Source of the DNA: Octopus vulgaris
Taxonomy: Eukaryota
Assembly (NCBI GenBank): GCA_951406725.2
Contig: OX597819.1
Location: 70,742,001 to 70,806,000 of the forward strand
Reading direction: 5' to 3'
Length of the DNA stretch: 64,000 bases
Of the stretch, positions 55,976-64,000 are shown one piece after another. Below the pieces are notes generated by a model. That model was not told where the DNA came from. It saw only the letters and a list, made by a program, of their open reading frames with translations, and made no database searches. The number at the start of each line of letters is the position of its first letter. Positions within the stretch are counted from its first letter, which is position 1. The position numbers and the translations under genes are program-made.

Positions 55976-57392
55976 AAGAAAGTAAAAAATATAACAAAAA
56001 TGATAGTGTTCAGTATGTTGGCGACAGGAATTTCTCTCAAAGAGACGTGGTTAAACAAAGTTATACGTCATACCCACTCTTTCTCTCTCTTTTATTAATA
56101 CTGCCACTTGTAATACTACTAATTGTAATAAAACATTATCAACTCTCCCTAAATTTCTTTGTCTCTCTTTCTCTCCCTTTCCTTTTCTTTCTTTCTTTTT
56201 CTGTCTGTCTGTCTCTCTCTCTCTGTCTTCACCACCGCCCTCACTGTCTCTACGCCTACTATTACCCTTACCCCACCAAGAGGAATAGTAGGAATGACAT
56301 TGAATAGTGAGAGAGGGGGGTCTAAGTGTGACACACTGAGACACAGAAATTAGTTTTCGCATTTATCATATTAGATATACGACGGGCTTCTTTCAGTTTC
56401 CGTAAACTAAATTCTCTCACAAGGCTTTGGTCGGCCCGAGGTTATAGTAGAAGACACTTGTCCAAAGTGTTACGCAGTAGGACTGAACCTGGAACCTAGT
56501 GGTTGGGAAGATAAGCTTCTTACCACACAACCACACCTGCGCCTATATATTTATTGCTGTTATAAATATTTGTTCAAAAAGTGTTTTTATTACAAATTAA
56601 AACATTCATAGAAATAATTTTAATTCTTTATTCTTTTATTCTTTTACTTGTTCGGTAATTGACTGTGGCCATGCTGGAGCACAGGAAAATTAAATTAGAA
56701 CAAGTTGCTGATGCCATAAGAATTTATAAACTTTCGAAAGAGCGTGAAATTATTTGTTTTTTGTGCGGGGGCAGTGAATCTCGAATCTCATAAAGCTATA
56801 AATAATAGCATGTAAATATGGACTTGAAAATCTATTTTAGGTAGAAGAATTAATATTTAAAATTTCGTTATTATTTGATAAATGTTACAAATTTTATTTT
56901 GATTCATGGTTTTTAATAGTTTTTAAGTGACCATTTATTACAAAATTGAAGAAATTTTTTTTTTCTAAAATAAAGTCTTGTGAGCCACGGAAGAATTACA
57001 GATTCCTAAGTTAGGTGGGGGAGTGGAGGGTGCATGAGCTAAAATGATTGGGATTCTGCTGTTCACATATGTAGAAGCTGGCGTGGCTGTGTGGTAAAAA
57101 GTTTGCTTTCCAACCACATGGTTCCAGGTTCTGTCCCACTTCGCAGCACCTTGGGCAAGTGTCTTCAACTATAGCACTTGTGAGTGGATTTGGTAAACCT
57201 CAACGGATATTTTAAGATCCGCAAAGATCAGAACTGAACTGCAGCTCTTGATGGTCCAAATTGGATATGCAATCTATACGGGTGTCTTTTCAATACATTG
57301 TCTAGTTTAAAAAGCCACATCAGACGCCATGATGCATCTAAGGTGTAAGTACATGCGGTAGTCAGACTCTGCATGGGGAATAGACAACCACC

Positions 57393-57487
<95 letters not shown>

Positions 57488-57511
57488 TAAATAAATAAAT
57501 AAATAAATAAA

Positions 57512-57758
57512 TGCGCCCTTTTAAAGCCAGCCAGGCTCATGGGCCCGGTTTCCCGGTTTCTATGGTGTATGTGTTCCCGAGCTGGACGGGACGCCAGTCC
57601 ATCGCAGCGTTACTCATTTTTGCCAGCTGATTGGACTGGAGCAACGTGAAATGAAGTGTTTTGCTCAAGAGCACAACGCGTCGCCCGGTCCAGGAATCGA
57701 AACCACAATCTTATGATCATGATACTGACACCCTAACCACTAAGCCACTCGCCTCCAC
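57512..57758 (-). mobile_element. tRNA-derived SINE with V-domain-like centre (degenerate copy ~15085-15310)
   Basis: tRNA head, then CTGCGATGGACTGGCGTCCCGTCCAG. Confidence 0.7.
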
Positions 57759-57875
57759 AAAACTTGACTTAAACAGGATTTGAATAATCCTATCAGGTGG
57801 TGCTATTAAGTTAGACATGGCCTGGACCAATCTTTGGTCGAAACATATCTAAGTTATCTAAGTTATCTAAGTATA

Positions 57876-57953
<78 letters not shown>

Positions 57954-58876
57954 TGTATGTATGTGTGTATGTGTATGCGCGCGCGTGTGTTTGTCCCCAT
58001 CACCGCTTATCATCCGATGTTGGTGTGTTTACGCCCCTATAATGTAGTCATTCGACAACAATTCTTCAAGGCGGTGCCCCAGCATGGCCGCAGTTTAATG
58101 ACAGAAAACAAGTATAAGGGGGAGAAATGTATGCGCAGTCATAAACACACGCACGCACGCACACACGCACGCCATACGCAGGCACTATCCACGAGCACAT
58201 GCATACACACACACACACACAAAGGCACAGATGAACTAGTGTAGGGAATAGATACTTGCAGAAGCATAGATGAAATATTTCTCTTATGGATTTGTGTATC
58301 TAAGCGTTGAGTGTATATATTTGTGTATATCAGCGTCGAAGTTCATGTGTGTTTGTTCATTCGTGCGTCTGTTTGTGTATAAGATACAAAGAATTCTAGA
58401 TTTCGTGTTTTCCATGAAAAAAGAAAGAAAGAAAGAAAGAAAGAACGAGAGGGGAAATGATCAAAATACGCACGTATACACATACAAAACGCTCACACAC
58501 ACACACACACTCGCCGACAAACATATACATCAACACGCACACTCATTCACATTCATATAGATACACCGCAGCAACACACACTGGCGTGCGTATATGGAGA
58601 CATGACAAGCACACATCCGAATTAACCTTGAAATGATGAAGAAAGCAAGAAATAACCCAAAAATGTTTGACCTAAATATTCACTCCAATCCTTCGGAGGG
58701 AATGATGAGAAATATGTAGAATTCCTTTAACGACACAATCCAGAATCTGAGTTCGTCGTTGCATTTGTATCGTCTGTCGTCTGCAAGGTAACAAAGGAGT
58801 CTTGTCACTCTCGCGGGGTAAGCCGTGTCGTGTTAACAATTTAAAACAGGGAAGAAGAAAGGCAAACAAATATGTA

Positions 58877-58997
<121 letters not shown>

Positions 58998-59153
58998 AGA
59001 GAGAGAGAGAGAAAGTGAGTGAGGGGAGAGAGAGTGAGGGAGAGAGGGAGAGAAAAAGCGATGGGAGAAGGAGAGAGACATGCACAAATAAGTACGGGTC
59101 TGCGGAAACACATATATATATACATACACACATACACACACATATACATATAT

Positions 59154-59227
<74 letters not shown>

Positions 59228-59297
59228 ACATACATACATACATACATATGTATACATATATATACAAGCATATCTATTTATCTATCAATTTCTCTCT

Positions 59298-59337
<40 letters not shown>

Positions 59338-59362
59338 CATATATATGCTAATGTGTGTATGC

Positions 59363-59393
<31 letters not shown>

Positions 59394-59450
59394 CATACAT
59401 ATATATAAAGAGAGGGAGAGAAGGGTGGAGAGAAAGATAGATAGATAGAC

Positions 59451-59508
<58 letters not shown>

Positions 59509-59510
59509 GC

Positions 59511-59549
<39 letters not shown>

Positions 59550-59554
59550 TAGAT

Positions 59555-60972
59555 AAGTTTCTTTATTGGCCACACAGGGCTGCACATAGATGGAACAAGT
59601 TACAAGGTAGAACTTTTCTTTTGGGGGATGAAAAAAACAAAAAACGAAAAACAAAAGAAACAATAAAAAAAGGTGGCGTAGGTTTTCGATCAAAAGGGAT
59701 CGTAAAATGGAAAAAAGAACAAATAAAAAGAAAAGAAAAAAGGAAGAGGAACAAAAGGAAATAAAATGAAAAAAGAAGAAAAAAGAGGAAAAAAAGGGGA
59801 AGAGGAAAAAAAAACATCAATAGGGATCGTGTATCACAGTGTCATGATGTATGGTGTAAAGGGGAAAGCAAGTAAGGTTTATCCGTGGGAAGAAAAGCCT
59901 ACGAAAAAGACCACGGTAACCTTGGTCAATATTGTTATATGTTACCACATTTGTTTGCAAGTGGGTAACCCTCTGTTTTCAATTTCTGGGTTCATAGGAC
60001 TATGCTCAAGGTGGCTTCGTCATTCATACGTGCCATCCTTGCTACATTCACCCATCTTTTTTTTAAACATTCGCTAGACAAAACTTGCCTCTCTACTCTC
60101 ACTTTCCTTTTCAAGTGGTACTTGAAGAAGTTGATGAGAGGTTGACCAGAGAGGAAAGTGTTTGTCTCCAATCCTTTCAGATGCGTCCACCAGATACATT
60201 CTTTCTCCATAGCCACAAGGATGATGAAAATAGCTCTTCCTTCCCGTTTGAAGGAAGGAGGCGTGACAATATTGACGATAGACTCAGCTGATAAACCGAC
60301 TCGTCCCACACGTGACAGCAGTTGTTCGACATAAGCCCACAGGTCGGAAACTGTTGGACACTGCACGAGTGCGTGCATAACGGTTTTGTCGCTCTGACCG
60401 CATCTCGGGCAGGTCGGCCCCGTGTTTCTCGAGCCGTGTCTGTAGAGCTTATCCCGAAAGGGTAGCGCTTCTCGGTAGCACTGCCAGGCCAGGGATCTCT
60501 GGAAGTTGTCCATGACCCGAAAGTCGTCCCGAACAGGCGGGTCAGGTATTCCTCGTCGACGTCCAGGTTCGCCCCGAGCCCGTCGTCGTACCTCCCCTCC
60601 ACTAATCCCCTATAGAATACTTTGGTTGTGATGGAGTCACTCAAGGTTGACCCAGGACGGCAGAGTTGCTTGAGAGCAATGCGACACTCGCGGTGCCATT
60701 CGCCCTTCCTCGGCCTCTTTTTGATCCACGATTGCAGTTCGGTCATGGAGACGAGCTGCGGGAAGGCGTGCCTCACAAACGGCGACCACACCTGGTCACC
60801 GTCGTCTACGAAGAGCCTGAGATGTCGCAGTCTCAGCGCGTGTCTGCGCATCATCAATCACGGCATGCCCAGTCCTCCTTTTAACGGGTGTTGACAGCAA
60901 ATGGATCGCCTGACCATCGGGACGCATCCTTTCCACAAGAAGCGAAAGAGAATGCGTTCTAGTTTGGTGATA
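59555..60972 (-). mobile_element. 5'-truncated Tx1/L1-clade LINE (ORF2 C-terminus plus 3' UTR) in a (GATA/GACA)n tract
   Basis: [14 protein letters not shown], zinc knuckle CPRCGQSDKTVMHALVQC, AATAAA at the 3' end; frameshifted. Confidence 0.85.
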
Positions 60973-61003
60973 GGCAGACAGACAGACAGACAGACAGACA
61001 TAC

Positions 61004-61071
<68 letters not shown>

Positions 61072-61139
61072 GGACAAACAGACAGATAGACAGGCAGACA
61101 GATAGGCAGACAGACAGACAGACAGACAGACAGACATAC

Positions 61140-61210
<71 letters not shown>

Positions 61211-61839
61211 CATAACAAACAGCAAACTGTATTCAATTCGCTTCGAGCCTAGCTGGTTGAAAGTCCCTGAACGAAGCTGCACAGAAAATTATGCACGGTT
61301 GCATAATGAATTGCATATACTCTGTGCAGTGGAAACACGTTCGTCATAACCATAAAAATATGGTATGTGCAATTGTAAAATATAAGGGAATAAATTTTGA
61401 GGACATACCAGTCTCCATATTCTCTATCGTTATAATTATTGCTAATATACACTCCAGATATAATTACCCACCAGTGAAGCGAATACTGAATACCCCATCG
61501 GAGAAATTTACGGCGTGAGTGACAACCCCAAGTAGGCATAGAAGTTAAATATTAAATGATACAGTCAGCTGTTACATGGAACATGATTGAGAGCTACCAC
61601 AGTATCCGCCCGGATCATATATCTCCTTAAACACACCACCCACACACACACACTTACACACATACATACGTATATATATATATATATATATAATTTTAAT
61701 TTAGGGTATCTAAGAGATACCCCCACGCTGGAAATAGCAGCCAAAACTTGACTCTAAAACCACATTAAATGTTCATACAGCACCAGGAGAGAAGACAAGA
61801 GACAAAATGAACTAGTAAAACAAAAAAAATTACTGGTTA

Positions 61840-61898
61840 ATTCCAGATCCCGGATTTCTGACTCTGCGTAAGAAATGTTCTGCCTTCATCAGTGGAAT
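61840..61898 (-). ncRNA. Type I hammerhead ribozyme motif, AUC site
   Basis: Minus strand ATTCCA-CTGATGA-aGGC...GTCa-GAAA-TCCGGG-ATC-TGGAAT. 6-bp stem I and near-palindromic stem III. Confidence 0.72.
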
Positions 61899-62184
61899 AT
61901 ACTCAGATGGCACATAAATACAGATATATATATATATATACAATATACGAATACATACATATACGAACGTATATGTAAGTACTCGTATGTCTTCTCTCCA
62001 GGTGTTGTATGAACATTTAATGTGGTTTTAGAGTTAAGTTTTGGCTGCTATTTCCAGCATGGTGGTATCTCTTAGATACCCTAAATTATAATTTTAATAA
62101 TAATTATTACCTTTGAAGATATTTATTCCCATGCTGGCCACCTGATAAGATCGGTATTTAAATAACGATCTTATCCTTATTAAT

Positions 62185-62250
<66 letters not shown>

Positions 62251-62328
62251 CAATTATGAAGATAAACAAATTAGACACATCAAATATATTACGTATATTA
62301 GATACATCAAATACAAAATATGTTTATA

Positions 62329-62570
62329 CTAGTAGAAAGACCGCCCTCCGGGCAGCTTTCTGCTAGCCACTCGAATATATTTCTATATTTGATTCCCAAT
62401 TCTAATAATTTTAATGATATTTTGCGTCTAATTATTTCTTTGTATAGTAGTGCTCACTTGCTTAGTAAATATTGCTTTCATTATTTTATCAGTCATAATC
62501 TCTCTCTTTTTTAAAGAGTCAATCTGTTATATACATTTATCATTGATAATTGGTAGAAATTACATAGGTG

Positions 62571-62659
<89 letters not shown>

Positions 62660-64000
62660 GGATGGATGGAGGGATACACACACATACACACACAAAAGTC
62701 TGGTGCTGTGAGAATACATGGGAATGACGCTTCCTGACTTTTTCAAATATACCCAAATTTAAAATGATCTAATATAACGATATTATTCATTCGGTATGTG
62801 TTGAAATATTCTAAAACAATTTAATTCCACACATATATTACTTTTCATATAATTTATTTGTTAGTTCTATTTACTGAAACTTGCTAAAAGCATATTTTGC
62901 TTTAAAGTAGTATCTCCTTGTAGACACAGTTTTCAGTAATCATGCTGTTTCCATTTCTCTCAGCCAATATTTTTACATTAGCCTTCTTTCGAACTCTAGA
63001 TAATGCAACATACAGCTGACCATGTAAGAAGAATTGTGTCGGAAGATATATTCCAATTTGTTCAAAAGTCTGTCTGTGTTCCTTGTTGCACGTCAAGGCA
63101 AAAGCTGGCTTGACAGGAAATTGTTTGTGTGTAAATGTGAATGGAAATTCCATTACCTGAGATACATATGTTGTTCTTAGGATTATCAGAGTTGATCCTG
63201 CATTAGGACCAGAAGCAACTTCAGCCTCAATAACATGATCATATAAACTGACATTGATGTAGTGTGTGCCATTGCAATGTCCATTAGTAGCATCTAAATT
63301 TCTCAGAAGCATTATGCATCATTTCTTCTTCAGTTTGAGAATATGTGGTGGGAACCCTGATGGTGTAAGTTTGTTGATAAACTCGATTGGGTACAGAGTT
63401 TCCTTATCAACTGTATCTGAGCTTCTGTATATTTTTAGCTCACCAGGGACCCTGTTCAACAGAAAATCCTTCACAAATTGTGCTACTTCCTTTGCTGGAG
63501 TAACAATGGTTCTATTTGCAAGCCACACAGGGTTTGTGAAGTTATTTTTGAGGTCAGCATATACAAAATCACATAGATCTGAAAGAGTACCATTTTCAAG
63601 GCAAAGTTCATTGGGTAGTTTGATTTTGAATTCACCTAGGCTTTTTTCAACAGAAATGTTACCATTTCCTACATCAAGAAGGTAATTAGCATACTCTCTT
63701 TCATCAAAATGACCGTCTGTAAGAAGTCTTAGATTGGTTGTCAACTCCACTACTTCCACATGATTGCAAAGAAAAGATCTCTTTAGTGTTGCATCAACTA
63801 TTTGTATCTGACATCATTATTTTGAAGTAGAATATTCTCCTCTTACGATACCCTAACTAGTCGGTCATTGTAGCGGAAAAAAATCATGTTTACATCTCCG
63901 TGCATATTCAGGCATCTGTTTCAGTCGCTTTACCCTGGTTTCATCCGATTCAGTTGCCCATCTTTCTTTCTGCCGTTGTGCCTTTGCTGCTAAATTTTCT
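62329..64000 (-). mobile_element. Helitron remnant: PIF1-like helicase C-terminal half (62902-~63810, frameshifted) plus 3' hairpin-CTAG end
   Basis: LLDVGNG, PSGFPPHILKLK, MLLRNLD..GHCNGT, QFPVKPAFALTCNK, HGQLYVALSRV. Terminal hairpin AAAGCTGCCCggaGGGCGGTCTTT followed by CTAG|T at 62332-62328. Confidence 0.9.

Noticed and set aside
58680-58825. Possible plus-strand exon with GTAAC/GTAAG donors
   Set aside because: No clear acceptor or sustained reading frame

Overview
AT-rich, non-bacterial (eukaryotic) DNA with a very high density of microsatellites ((TA)n, (CA)n, (TACA)n, (GATA)n, (AAT)n) and several recurrent tRNA-derived SINE families. This is most consistent with a cephalopod (Octopus-like) genome, which is an inference from repeat content. 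Almost all ORFs in the supplied track are microsatellite translations. Recognisable protein-coding remnants are all decayed transposons: Penelope-like RT and GIY-YIG, CR1-like, RTE, R4/Dong-like and Tx1/L1 LINEs, DD34D mariner, hAT and a Helitron helicase. The main discovery is a ~3.1-kb array (46615-49721) of a near-identical 534-bp non-coding monomer. Each monomer carries a complete type I hammerhead ribozyme with an unusually long stem II. The array has a 5'-inversion junction resembling twin priming and sits in (TA)n. It is a candidate retrozyme / non-autonomous Penelope-like circRNA element. At least 7 further hammerhead or hammerhead-like motifs from other short-element families are scattered through the window, usually ending at (TA)n tracts and often beside local inverted duplications. 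There is also weak evidence for the 5' end of a minus-strand host gene (promoter-like motifs at ~42.6-42.9 kb, a candidate exon at 28752-29255). All coordinates were read by eye and edges may be off by a few to tens of bases.
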